The position numbers and the translations under genes are program-made. Positions 14,604-27,992 of a stretch of 64,000 nucleotides of DNA are shown one piece after another. The notes under the pieces were generated by a model. That model saw only the letters and a program-made list of their open reading frames with translations, made no database searches and was not told the DNA's origin. Position 1 is the first letter of the stretch. Every line of letters begins with the position of its first letter. Source of the DNA: the human T2T-CHM13v2.0 reference genome, Homo sapiens; NCBI RefSeq assembly GCF_009914755.1, contig NC_060930.1; one strand, 5' to 3'.

Positions 14604-16330
14604 TTTTTTTTGTCTGTTTTCTCTAAGAGTAACTCAACATAACTTTAATGAAATACTGATTAACAAAAAAGGGTATCCATGTTTCTCTGGGAACTTTTAC
14701 ATAAATTCTGCTTGAGAAGGTTATTTGTATTTTGTTTGGCTTTCACTGTTGCTTTGGCAGGGAAAATTAATTTTATAATATTCAGCAACTACTCATTTCA
14801 CTGTATAGTGAGTGGAAAAGGGACAGTATGCAGAAATGATCTCTACTTCAGATCCCAAGTATCAACAACTCTTATTCTGTAGCTGCCATCTCTGTTATAA
14901 AAATCCAGTCTTCCAAGCATGGCACACTTCTTCTCTAAGGGCCAGAAATGAATTTCAAACTATCTTGTTGTATCTTTTCATTAGAGGAAGAACTGCTTCT
15001 TTTTTTTTTCTTTTTTCTTTTTCTTTTTTTTTTTTTTTTTTTTTGAGACAGAGTCTCGCTCTGTTGCCCCAGCTGGAGTGCATTGGCAAAATCTCGGCTC
15101 ACTGCAACCTCCACCTCCTGAGTTCAAGTGATTATCCTGCCTCAGCCTCCTGAGTAGCTGGGATTACAGGCGCATGCCACCATGCCCAGCTAATTTTTGT
15201 ATTTTTAATAGAGACAGGGTTTCACCATGTTGGCCAGGTTGGTCTCGAGCTCCTGACCTCAAGTGATCTACTCACCTCAGCCTCCCAAAGTGCTGGGATT
15301 ACAGGCATGAGCCACCGGGCCAGGCAGGAACTGCTTCTTTTCTCTTTTGCTATCTAGAAACCAGCAAACTCCATGATGGCTATTTATCTATAATTTATTT
15401 TTAAGAACATTCTGCCAATGACATCTCAAGCAAGATGTGATAACAGTTACACAAAGCAGTCTACAGCATGCAGTGTGTCTCAATGCCTCTGAGAAGTAGC
15501 AACAACTTTTGTTCTCAGATGGCCCTCAGTCCTTCCCCGTGTCATCTTTCTGTCCTAGACTGTGGCCTAACTGCTCACAAGGATTCAACGGCATGCAAAC
15601 AGCTGTTAGTTGGTTTTCTTAAAAGAGGTATTGTTGATTGGAAAGACTGGCTCATATTTAAACTCTGCCCTTTTTGCAAATGCCAGATTTTCTCAATAGT
15701 ATTCCAGAGGAAATTTTGTTTTGAACACAGTTACTGAATTTGACCAGACTACAGACATAGCACCACCCATATTGCTCAATGCTAAGACACAGCATCTTTG
15801 ATTTTCTGTATGTCATAACGTTCTGAAGATTGAGTTATTGATGAGAAATTTTTGCAGCTACACATCCTCCTATAGTTCTTGCTCTCCATTCAAGCAGGCC
15901 CTAGGGCTCATGGCAAGATGATTTCCTTGGGGAGAAAGAGCCTGAGACTTAGAAATTTAATTTGTATAATGAATCCTGGCTTTTTCCCTCCTTTAGGGAT
16001 CTGATTCTTCTTTCTCTTCCTCCTCCTCTTCTGTCACAGGACTCTATGCTCCACTCCAGCGTAGTTTGGTTGACTGATGCTTCATTCTCTATATGCACTG
16101 ACATGACGTGTGACTGTTCAGGCACAGTTGGAGAAGTTGGAGAAGACAGCACCTCATCCCCTCTCCCAGAACTAATCATTGATTGGAGGGCCAATGCTTC
16201 AACCTTGATGTGATTCAGCAGGTCATGCGAGGGCTGCCTTCAACAGGAGCAGTGTCTCCTCCTCCTTGCGCAGTTCCTGACCCAGCTCGGCATGTTTCCT
16301 GGTGACACTGCTGCTCGCCACATGGCCCAG
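14604..16330 (-). pseudogene. SNAPC5P1: Processed pseudogene of SNAPC5 (SNAP19), with 5'UTR, CDS relic 15993-16293 and long 3'UTR interrupted by an Alu
   Basis: Minus-strand translation across frameshifts: QELRKEEETLLLLKAAL/HDLLNHIKVEALALQSMISSGRGDEVLSSPTSPTVPEQSHVMSVHIENEASVNQTTLEWS/VTEEEEEEKEESDP*, matching SNAPC5 as I recall it (MLSRLQELRKEEETLLRLKAALHDQLNRLKVEELALQSMISSRRGDEMLSSHTVPEQSHDMLVHVDNEASINQTTLELS...EEEEEEESDS). ATG at 16293-16291, TAA at 15995-15993, no introns. ATTAAA (plus tttaat 14644-14649), T-run 14604-14611 and direct repeat tgctgcaa at 14596-14603 and 16331-16338. The 3' extent is inferred from the TSD and tail. Confidence 0.92.
15001..15326 (-). mobile_element. AluS inserted in the SNAPC5 retrocopy 3'UTR
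   Basis: Long T-rich tail, Alu reverse complement, TSD gaactgcttctttt at 14990 and 15328. Confidence 0.95.
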
Positions 16331-16875
16331 TGCTGCAAATATTTTTATATAATTACATTTGTTCATTCAATTTTTAAGTGTCTTTTTAATAGAGAAAACA
16401 ATCACTTTATGAGCTCAAAATCTGCAAATCCCTTGTATTTTCTAAAAGACTTTCTTCAATTACAAAAATTCCCCTTATGTTTTATTCTAATACTTTATAA
16501 ATTTTGTTTAGCTTGTTGATTTTGCATCTGAAATTTACATTACAATAAAATAAAGATAAAATTTAATATTTTCCCTCAGATGCATTGCCAAGTATCCCAA
16601 CATAGTTTGTTGAATATTTCTTTTTTCTCTGCTGATTTGAAATGCCAATTTTCTCATACACCAAATTTCCATACAGATACATGGCTGTGGCTCTGTCCAA
16701 TATTCTTTTCCACTGATCTGTTGGCATATTCCCATGCCACCATCTATGTTCAATTACTGTAGGATGAATATATATAGATATATGTATATCTATCTGTCTA
16801 TATCAGAGCAGTTCTCTCTCATTGTTCTTGTCTTTTAAAATTATTATAGTTATCCTTGCTCATTTACTGTTCAGC
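16331..16875 (-). mobile_element. L1M(E) fragment, right part
   Basis: tgctgcaaatattttt continues the L1M broken at 14603; gtatcccaacatagtttgttgaata...ctgatttgaaatgcc is antisense ORF2. Confidence 0.7.
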
Positions 16876-17522
16876 ATATTTTGCTTCCAGTAATCGATTG
16901 TAAGAAATGAATGTAATAATTTTTTTAAATGGCTCTGATGTTGAAAAGACTGTAAAAAAATGAAGTACACATTGGCCAACTTAGCATACCTTTTGAAAGA
17001 TATTGTTTAAGATTCCATATTGATCTTGCAAGATCATTCCAGGGAAATAAGTGTGTTATTGTGGTGGATACACCCACCACAATCTCACCATTTGAGGATG
17101 TATCTCATCATTTTGATGATGGCTCCAAATCCACCTTATTCTAACACAAAGTGGACTTTGCAATCATAGTTCTTGTCCACTAATTGTGACACGTGGATTC
17201 CATCACCCTGTTGTTTCTGAGGCATTCTTTGCACTTGCTTCCATTAGGTTTATGAAATTTGTGAATTGGGCATTTTTACTGAACTTTTAATCTTTCATCA
17301 TCTTCAAACGATCGAATAGGCTAAAAATGCTGCAGACTGTGCAAGGCTGTGCACCTCAATGCTAGAGGAAGTCTGTTAATCAGACCCGCTGCATGGATTT
17401 CATCATTTCACCTCAAGCTTTACCACAAAGGTTACATCTGCTGAATTAGAAATAGGGTGATAATTCTCATTTGCTTCTATCTCAATTCGGACTTAGATAA
17501 AGGCTTTTAAAAACAAAATTAC

Positions 17523-17662
17523 CTTCTGGACACTGCTTCTTGATGGACTCTGCCCATTTTAATTACAAGAGTTACTGTTTTTTTAGGAGTCAGGAGCTGG
17601 ATTAATATGAGTTCTTTCACTCTCAAAAGACCTCACACCTCATGGCCTTAAATGGTTAAAAC
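17523..17662 (-). ncRNA. Candidate non-coding exon (140 bp) of a minus-strand lncRNA, possibly LY86-AS1
   Basis: Minus strand: acceptor ctctgtctctttcag|GTTTT and donor CAGAAG|gtaatt; stops in all three frames within the first 25 nt. Confidence 0.5.
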
Positions 17663-17794
17663 CTGAAAGAGACAGAGTTTAAAATATAATAATTCATTAC
17701 TTGGCATGAGATTAGTCCTCAAGTATTTCCACAACCACTTGTACTTCAGGGAAACCCCCATCAAGAACCTCATTGATGGCTAAAAGACACCGTC

Positions 17795-17918
17795 AGGTAA
17801 AGAAGTAAATACAGTCCATACTTGTAATTTGGTTCATCTGGGTTACTGGAGCTTCCTCTCATCATTGCTTCTCTTCTGTTTCTATGCATTTATATTGCCT
17901 TCACTGAACATACCATTA
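17795..17918 (+). repeat. Dispersed duplication A, copy 1 (partner 21987-22110)
   Basis: 124 bp, 6 mismatches, 84-bp identical core 17824-17907. Confidence 0.95.
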
Positions 17919-18189
17919 GCTTCGAGTTGATTTTGTGTAAAGAAAGAGCTTTTTAGCAAAGGTCTTTTGGCCCCTTGCTTGTTTTATTACTGTCAACACA
18001 GAGTTAGAAAAGAACTATTTAATAAAGTTGTCAAGGTCTTGAAATGATCGCTCAGCCAGTTCATCAAAATGATGGAAAAGATAGAGCAAAGTATTTTTGC
18101 ATGATCCTGTCCTTATTATCTGTTGGTCATCCAACAAGGATCAGCTGTACAGACAGTCACCTAATAACGGTAGCTCTAAAACAATAAAA

Positions 18190-18640
18190 ATGGAAAAATA
18201 GTAACTATATAGTGAAGAAACCTGGCAGACACCTCCTTCACCAAGTGGTCAAGTCCAGTAATGGGACAAATCAAATCCTCTGTCTCCAAATATAATGAAC
18301 TGGGGAGAACGCAACACCTCTTTTGTGCTATTGCTGCCCCACAACCTGATTCTCACTGTGAGGAAACATGAAACAAACCCAAATGGAAGGACATTCTACA
18401 AAATATCTAGCCTATCCTCCAAAAATATCAAGTTATAAAAATCAAGGAAAGACTGAGAAACAACTGTTTCAGACTTAAGGGGACTAAAAAGACAGACAAT
18501 ATATCTTTCAGGATTTTCTCTGGTCATAAAGCATATTACTGGGACGACTGGCAAAATCCAAATAAGATCTATGGATTAGATAACAGAATTGTAGCAACAT
18601 TCATTCCCTGAGTTTACTGTTTGTACTATGGTTATATATT
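18190..18640 (+). mobile_element. L1MC (4/5-like) 3' region
   Basis: gaagaaacctggcagacacc...aacaaacccaaatggaaggacattctacaaaata...aaggaaagactgagaaac. Confidence 0.75.
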
Positions 18641-19543
18641 TTGGAAAAAAAAATCCTTGTTTTACCATTTCAGTCCCCTGATCACTCCTAGCTACAAGGG
18701 AAAAATAGGAAAATCAGTCTATATACCAAGCCTAGTGAGCTGGTTAAAAATCAGAGTTCTACTACCTGTGATAAAGGAGAGAATCGATACTAGAATGAAA
18801 CCAGTGGTCTTAGACATGAAGTATGTGTTCTTGAGAAATGCAGTTGTACAAAGACAAAGTCGCTGGAGAGGAAGACCTATTTTAAGGCTATCAAGGGCAA
18901 TCTCATGGATGAGAATGAGATTATACATACCCCAGCCTCATTTGGACTAGAATGAAAACATCAAGGACTGACTGCCCTCACTCACGTGTTATCTCAGGGG
19001 CCAGACCATCTCCTGCACCTCTACTTTCCTTTATCTCGCACCCACCAGTTTCTTCTCCCTACCTGCTTTGCTGACATATGACTCCAAATAGTGTTCCCAG
19101 TTTTCAAGTCTAAATGGCATGGCAGGTCCTGCCTTCACTATCAACTACCGGTGCTCATTATATCTGTTTCTATTGAATTGATTCCACCCATACTTTCGTA
19201 AAAGGATTTCAGCAACCACAACACATCTAGAAGTGCTTCAGAACAGTTGTCCATCTGGGGCTAATCCTATGCGGCTTTAAGGAGGCAATGTCACATGGTT
19301 ATGATTTGAGATTAGAGGGTTATGATTAGAGATTCTCTTGGAAGAATAAAGGGTCAGGATGAGAAATGATTGTGATAGTTGGAGGATATTTCAGAATACT
19401 TTTCATTTGAAAAAAAAAAGCCAAAATTAAGATGAAGTGATCATTCACTTCCAGAAGTAAAAAAACTGCTAGGATTGATCTTAAGAACAGCAAATCAAGT
19501 AGCTAAAGTGGAAATGTACAGTAAACATGATGAAGAAAATTAC

Positions 19544-19653
19544 CCCCAGTAAAAATCCATCGATGGAATTTTTTCAAAGACCCTTCCCCAAGAGCATACA
19601 TATAGAAATAGACGGGGCATGGGAGGGACAAACAGGCAGCAAATCAAAGCGAT
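19544..19653 (-). ncRNA. Candidate exon (110 bp), minus strand
   Basis: Acceptor tctcttttaatttcactgcag|ATCG, donor GGG|gtaatt. Confidence 0.3.
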
Positions 19654-19993
19654 CTGCAGTGAAATTAAAAGAGAACTGAAGCCTGTGACATTATCCCTCT
19701 CTCTAGTAAGTTTTCTGCCTTTACTTGAATTTTTTTCTAAACTTAGGTCTTGGTAAATCTGGCAGCTGTCACAAAATACCATCTGTCCTAAGAAAATGGG
19801 TGTAGAGGTGGCTGTGACCCAGGGGATTTTCCCAAATGCTGTTGGCATGTATTTTTGGCCTGATCAAGTCCCTGACAAGAAAGTAAAAATCCTACAAAGA
19901 AAATCTCTGAAGCTGCACTCAAAAGAGAAATGGGTGCACAGTCCCGTTATAAAATTGGGGCAGGAGCTGTCCACTGTGAAAAAAGGGGAAGGT

Positions 19994-20419
<426 letters not shown>

Positions 20420-20870
20420 CTATAAAGCAGGCATGGAGTTTGCCCTCTGAGAATCCATCTATATCTGATTAAATGTACGGATTAGTCAGAATTGTCTGTA
20501 ACTTTTAGTCTACCAGCTGAGAGCACACTTCTAACCTGAGTAATTTAAATATTGGAATTGCTCAGTCTTGGTGAACTGGGTACATTGAAAGCTGTCCTCA
20601 TCAGCTCTGTTTAAGTTATCCAAGCATTTGAGAGGAAACCGTTTTAACCTCAGTCTGCCATCATTGATAACAGGAGGTTTTCTTCAACTTGCAAAGAAAG
20701 CCATCAAGTACCTTTAAGATAACTTCCTGCTACCGGTTCTTTCAGCGGGTGGGAAAATATTTGGCCAGTGCCCAGGTTTTGCAGGAGAGTCAGAGTATTG
20801 CAATTGCTCATCTATCTCCCAGCAAAACTGTGACTGTGGATCTTGTTTGCTCTGAGAGAATATCGAATAC

Positions 20871-21184
20871 TTTTATTTATTTGTGTGTGTGTGTGCAGGG
20901 GGATTCGGATGCTTGTTTGTCACCCAGGCTGGAGTGCAGTGACATGGTCATGGCTCACTGCAGCCTCCATCACCTGGGCTCAAGCAATCCTCCCTCCTCA
21001 GCCTCCCAAGTAGCTGGGGAGCTGGGACTACTGGCACACACCTGCCCTAAGTTTTTTATTTTTTTGGGGAGATGGGGGTCTCACTTTATTACCCAGGATG
21101 GCCTCTAACTCCTGGCCTCAAGAAATCTTCCTGCTTTAGCCTCTGAGTCACTGGGATTACAGGCTTGAGCCACCACACCAGGCT
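20871..21184 (-). mobile_element. AluJ
   Basis: gctcactgcagcctcc...ctgggctcaagcaatcctccc J-type diagnostics; (TG)n in tail. Confidence 0.9.
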
Positions 21185-21389
21185 CTGAATGCTTTTTAAA
21201 CTAACCCCTTGGCCATTGTGCTGAGCAGGTATTAGGAAAACGGCAGACATGCTGATGAATACTCTAAAGCCTACTTATCCGTGCAGAGGGGGGCTCCCCA
21301 AAACTGATGGGGAAATGCAGCAATATCCTCCTGATTCCACTGGATGTTTAAGAGGAATGTGGGAGATGCCTCTACAAACTAAAACCTCA

Positions 21390-21982
<593 letters not shown>

Positions 21983-21986
21983 TGTA

Positions 21987-22110
21987 AGGTAAAGAAGTGG
22001 ATACAGTCCATATTAGTAATTTGGTTCATCTGGGTTACTGGAGCTTCCTCTCATCATTGCTTCTCTTCTGTTTCTATGCATTTATATTGCCTTCACTGAG
22101 TATACCATTA
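21987..22110 (+). repeat. Dispersed duplication A, copy 2
   Basis: Identical core 22016-22099; offset 4192 bp. Confidence 0.95.
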
Positions 22111-22112
22111 TC

Positions 22113-22114
22113 TG

Positions 22115-22181
<67 letters not shown>
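22113..22181 (+). repeat. Compound (TC)n(CA)n microsatellite
   Basis: Directly visible. Confidence 0.95.
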
Positions 22182-22184
<3 letters not shown>

Positions 22185-22964
22185 TGTACAGTAACCCCAG
22201 GCAGCAGCGGCAGTCCATGACTACTTCTTTCTCACATAAGTGACCCCGTGAATTCATTTCTGCACAGGTGTCTGAGCAGTGGGTGGAGTCTCTTTCTGTC
22301 AGTGACAGAAGGACCTGCAGGCTGGAGACTGTGGGAGTCTCCAGAATTTTCAGCATCGAAGGGGTTGCCTGCAGCCCCTGATGTGAGCAGATCCCTTGGC
22401 AGAAGCTGTGGAACCTGCTCATTTGCTGGGAAAGGAGGAGGAGTGCCAGCACGCAGTCTGTGTTCATGCTGAGTGGGGCGTCCTGAGACCTATCGGGGTG
22501 CACCAGCCTGTGAGGGAGGCACAGTGCCCTGTTGGTGCGAACGCCACGTCCTTCCAAAGTGTGAGGCATTCAGACTTGACCTCCAGGCACGCTTTGCCCC
22601 TCAGGGGATTTTTCCTTATCTCTCACTCTGTCCTCCAGGTGCTGAGAAGGACTTCCTTGAAGGTGCTCATTGAGCCAAAATGCCTGAGGAATGTAGGATT
22701 CCCTTGTCACACTGGGTTCTGGGCTTCATTAAAAGAAAAAATATATATATATGTATATGTATATGTATACATGTAATATACACTATGATGAAAATGTCAG
22801 ACGTAATGTAAGATGTGATGTATAGTATGTTCAATATATTTTAGGTGTACCACATGTATTTATAATATAATAATAAATATTATTTATAATATATTTTAAT
22901 ATATATTACACAGATATAGGTATGTGCATATATGCACATGTATGCATGTGTCTTTTATTTAATT

Positions 22965-23190
22965 AACAAACACTTATATACCAATTTCTAGGTACACTGT
23001 CCCAAGCCCTTTATAAATGATAACTCATTTAATTTAACCTTCAGAACAACCCAATGCTACAGCTTCTTCCCCCCACCCCTACTCCCACTTTACAGATGAG
23101 GAAACCACACCTGGGCAGGTTGAGTAACATGCTTCAGGGTGCATAATTAGCACGTGATGAAGCAGGGTTCAAACGGCCCCTCTGGCTCCT
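22965..23190 (-). mobile_element. MIR
   Basis: cccactttacagatgaggaaac MIR core. Confidence 0.8.
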
Positions 23191-23250
23191 GATCTTGTAG
23201 TCATGTTCCATTCCAGCACCCTGTCCAGCTCACTCTCACCTGAGAGGGGG

Positions 23251-23530
23251 AATTTAGTCAGGCTTAGTTGGGCAGTTTGGTAGTATATAAAAATTTTCCC
23301 TGGGCTTTTCTCTAGGCCACAAACTCTCTAAGATGATTTGAGGGATGTGCATCTACACCTCTGACCATTCACATTCAGCTTTGCAAGGTCTCAGACTTTG
23401 GATGAAGAGAGTTGTGGAGAACGAATTTGTTAACGCTGCAAAGAAATGTGAATTGTGGTGTAATTTCATATTAAACAGTGTGAAAAGTCATAGGAAATCT
23501 TCTTTCACAAGATATTATTTAAGCGATGCA
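23251..23530 (+). repeat. Old diverged duplication, copy 1 (partner 25801-26061)
   Basis: taagatgatttg(a/g)ggg..tgtgca...cctctgac...ttca...tcagctttg shared; colinear similarity continues to aggaaatct..ttt..caaga..atgca. Confidence 0.8.
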
Positions 23531-23570
23531 TTTATTTACTAGAGATGAAAATAGAAATAATCTAAATCCA

Positions 23571-23633
23571 TTTTTAAATGTTTTTTTAAAAACCACGCTA
23601 AATTTTTTAAATGTTTTTTTAAAAACCATGCTA
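23571..23633 (+). repeat. 33-bp-period tandem duplication, followed by (TG)n at 23657-23686
   Basis: tttttaaatgtttttttaaaaacca(c/t)gcta twice. Confidence 0.85.
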
Positions 23634-23656
23634 CCAAATAATACAAAGAACAAATT

Positions 23657-23687
<31 letters not shown>

Positions 23688-25369
23688 CTGTCTATCCTAT
23701 GCATATAAATGTCTTATTATTTACCTGTTATAAAATTCTAGATGTCACCTCATTAAGCCCATTATCAACGAGTTATTACTGACCATCACTGATGTTTTGG
23801 GCTATTTTTACCTGCTTTTATTTATTTTGTTCTTTTTTAGGAAGTTTTACTCATATATTAACTTCTCCATTGACACTGCTTCTTACTTAACACTATGTGA
23901 ATGCAGATTGTAGTCAAAGATATTCAAGGATTCAAGGGTTTGACTATTTTCTCATAGCAATAGCATTTGCTTGTGGAGTATCTTAAGGGCACTTTGAGAT
24001 GAGTGAGAATGAGATTTTGATACTGAAGATGGGCTTAGAGCTAGTGCCCTCATCACCCTCCTTCTCTGAATGAGCCTCATGGAGCAAAAATGCCACCGTG
24101 GAAATGAGGTGGCGCACAGTGCTGGTAAAGCTTTTACAGTTTATAAATTCTTTCCTCCACAGTGTCTATTGGCATATCTCAAAAAGAGCCATTGTCCTGA
24201 CGATGCCCATGATCTCCCAGAAAGATGTAAAGAGAAATGACACTGGTATCCAGAGTAGCCCAGAGGTAAGCAGAGCCCAGAACCCCATAGGGCTGCCCAC
24301 GTTAGCAAATAGAAATACAGGAAGTTAAAGTCAAATTTCAGACCCTAGAGTGCTCAACATTGTACTACAGACCCCAATGCTTTACATTTCAGATAAGCAA
24401 TAAATAATTGTCTGGTATATGTATGTCCCACATAAGCCATGGAATATATTTGTACTAAAAGAACCATTCACATTTAACTGGGCATCTGGTATTTTATCTG
24501 GCAACCCTAGCAAGAAGGCAGGGGCAGCACAGGTACATGAAGGCCACTTTGCTCTACTGATAGATGAATACAATATTCTTTGCATCTGTGTTTCCCTGAT
24601 GAGTATTATAAACTAATGTTTTCGTGCAATCAAGATAGGAGTATATTTTAGGGAGTCTCTGCACAGCCATGAGTGAGAAGGTAGTGTTAACAAAGAAGAA
24701 GGAAGTGTTAGTGAAAAATTGGAGAGACTGGAACAGAAGTGCTGATTTCAAAGCATGCCTTGAACACTAGGCATTTGCCATCAGACAGGTCAGTAGACTC
24801 GTAGGGAAGGGAGAAAGGAAGGAAGACTTTTTCAAGTAGTTTAGCTTTGCCCATAAATTGTGATGATATCTACCTACTGACGATGGCTTTTGAGAGACTT
24901 AAATAATACCACCAACCACAAAAGTGCTTTATAGAGTACAAAATATTACACAAATTGTCAGGATCACATTTCCCAACTATACCTGTTTTAGGAGGAAGAA
25001 AGGGAGGAAAAGGAGCAGGAACCTCTTTCTCCTCCTCTTCTGTATCTATCTGCTTGATCCTGAGCTGATGGTCTTTCATGTATTAAGGAATGTCATATCA
25101 CTATGACCACCTCAGCTACTGCTAATTAATTCAACTCAAGCTACTGCTAAATGAATGACAGTAGATTTCGATATCCTGCTAACTTGCTTTTTAGCTTAGA
25201 GCAGCCAGGCTATTTTGCAGCCAACCAAATACACATCAAAGAATGTTAAGTCTTTCTGTGCCACAGATATAATACAGATTTCTTTACAAAACAAAGATGG
25301 AGGGTCAATATTCCCTGAGGCAAAATGCTGAAATATATCAATTGCTATCCAATATAAAGCACTGTTTTA

Positions 25370-25545
25370 ACAGTGAACATCCTTGGAGTCAGAAGACCTG
25401 GGTTTAAGGAGAAACTCTGCCATGTACTATGTGTTCTGGGCTAATCCTTTAACCTCACTGAACTGTAATTTTTTTTTTTTTTTTTTTTGAAAAATAACCT
25501 TATCTTTCATATAAGCTGTTGTGATGATTACATGTGGTTTATATA
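25370..25545 (+). mobile_element. MIR
   Basis: ttggagtcagaagacctgggttt...ctctgccatgtactatgtg...tttaacctcactgaac. Confidence 0.7.
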
Positions 25546-25800
25546 CATATATAGCCCTTTGTGAAATACAATACACAATAAAATATAACCTGTTATTCTC
25601 ATTAAGCTGTGTTGTGTTTGCATTATTACAACTGAAACAGGAGTCCCGATCTTCTACAAACACTCGCAAGGGTCAAATCCTAGCGTTATTTCCATCAGCT
25701 AGTTCCTACCCTGAGTTTTTGGACTTATATACTTCCCTGAAGTAAAATTGCCCCAACTTTCTTTCAACTAAAATTTGAAGTATTCAGGAGGCTTACATTC

Positions 25801-26061
25801 AATTTAGTTTAGCAGTAGTTTGGAAGGATGTCGAATATTTAAAATGTGTCGTTTTTCTGAGGTTCGAGGTCTTTAAGATGATTTGGGGGTGTGCAGATAT
25901 ACCCTCTGACAGTTCAAGATCAGCTTTGTAAAAGTCTTCATATTTCATACGCAGACAAATGCATTAACAGTGCTAACAAATGAGAATTACAGTGCAATCC
26001 AGACAAAGGGTGTAACAAATCCAAGGAAATCTGCTTTGGCAAGAACCACTTGGTGAATGCA
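25801..26061 (+). repeat. Old diverged duplication, copy 2
   Basis: Roughly 75-80% identical by eye over 25870-25936 vs 23325-23390, lower outside. Confidence 0.8.
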
Positions 26062-27487
26062 ATAAAGCAAGCTCTGAGCTGCAAATGTCACTCCCTGCCC
26101 CCACGTTGGTCTCAGCTGAGCAGGTGGGTGTCTGCCTTGCCTTGAGCCACTGAGCAACTAGGAGCCTGAATATTATTTATTATTCGTAAGAAATGGAGCC
26201 AGTGCATTTCAGATATTTGCAGAGTGTTGCAGACATTAATGAGAGTGGAGAAGCGATCTGTTCCCTGGTGGACCCCTACTGCATTTATTCGAATGTGTGA
26301 TTATTAAACTGCACAAGTCTCTCTGGGGCTCAATGCCCAGAGTGCATTACACCCTGGAGAATGTGAAAATACTTTAATTAACAACAGGAGTGGGCAGACC
26401 TGCTGAGTGCCTTCTGTTACCATCCTTGCGACCTGGAAAGTCAAGACTCATTTGTCACCCCCACCATTTTTCATTATTGATATAAAGAAAACACTAAGCA
26501 ACAATTTCATTTGAAATCAATTGGAAAGGCTGCTAAATATAAGATATTTCACTCCTTTCCTTCCTCTGGCTGAAGTTTATTAGTAACCAACATTACACAA
26601 ACACATGCACACATCAGCACGCTCACACACACATGAGAAATGAACTTGAGATTTCTCTATATTCCACGTGCTCTGCAAATAATACGGCACTCTGGAGCGT
26701 ATAGATGGAGAACATGCCAAATTGACTTGGAATATGCATCCATTTGAACATGTAAATTTGCATTAGTCAGTTACTCAGTCTGATAAATGCTTTGGTTCAT
26801 TAGTTTAAATAAAATACTGGGAAACTCCTAACACCCTAGCTGACTAAGAAATGATGTGTTTTTGTTTGTTTGTTTTTTAAATGTTGCTTCAGTGATTTCT
26901 GCCTGAACTGGTTGTATTTAAGACCATGTAGTACCCAACCACAATTTACAGGCCAGGAGAAGGGGCCTGCCATGGACACTGTGCAAAGATCAACTCTCAT
27001 TTTTTAATCTTGTACCCTCTGTCCAGAACTGATGTGTTGCCGCGTGAGAACTGAATGTGAGGAGAGTGGTTGTGCACACGCATGCAAGCCAACCTTGGAT
27101 GTTGCCCCACAGCTGGTCTGCAGTCTGGCTTCTTGTAGAATAGAGCCACTTCATGACATGGACTGGTTTGGCCAGAATTCAGAATTTACTTAACAAAGAC
27201 CTAATTGTCACATCACTCTACCAATTCTTAATTATTTATCGAGCATCCACTAGCGCCCCAGATTGGCATAGGCCCCCAAAACAGTGGGCAACCCAGACGA
27301 GAAGAGACCAGTATCTGAGACACATTTGGAGAAAATTAAATGCTGATTTGTGACATTGAGACTTTAACCTCCTTAAAAGCATACTATTTTTCCAGAAGTA
27401 TTGGGGAAAATACTTTTCCAGAAGTTTTGTTTTTTGCTTTTTTGATGTACTAAATGAGAGTGGAATGGATGGTGAAGCAAGAAGCTA

Positions 27488-27992
27488 TTTTTTTAAAAAT
27501 AAACTTTTCATTTCAGAAGAGTTTTAGATTTATAGGAATATTGTGAAGGCAGAACAGAGAGTTCCCATATGCCCACACACCCAGTTTCCCTATTATTAAC
27601 ATCTTACATTAGTCCAGTACTTTTGTTATAATTAACAAACCAATAGTAATACATTAGTATTAACTGAAGTCATACTTTATTCAGATTTCCTTAGGTTTTG
27701 CCTAATGTCCTTTTTCTGTTCCAGAACCCCATCCAGGCTACCACATTACATTTAGTCACTGTATCTCCTCAGGCTCCTCTGGGGACAGTTTCTTAGACTT
27801 TCCTAGTTTTGATGACCCTGACAGTTTTGAGAAACACTGGTCAGATATTGTGTAGAAGGCCCCTCAGTCGGGATTTGTCTAAAGTTGTCCTCATGAGTAG
27901 ATGGGGGTTATGGTTTTGGAGGGAGAAAGACCACAGAGCTGAAGTGCCCTTTTCATCATGTGAGATCAAGAGTGTGTACTATCAACATGACT
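27488..27992 (-). mobile_element. L1MC (1-3-like) 3' end
   Basis: ttttagatttatag...gagttcccatat...cccagtttccctattattaacatcttacattag...ccatccagg(c)taccacatt. Confidence 0.85.

Noticed and set aside
23379-23402. CKVSDFG, resembling a tyrosine-kinase DFG motif
   Set aside because: Immediately followed by TGA, no HRD or APE motifs, and not kept in the paralogous copy.
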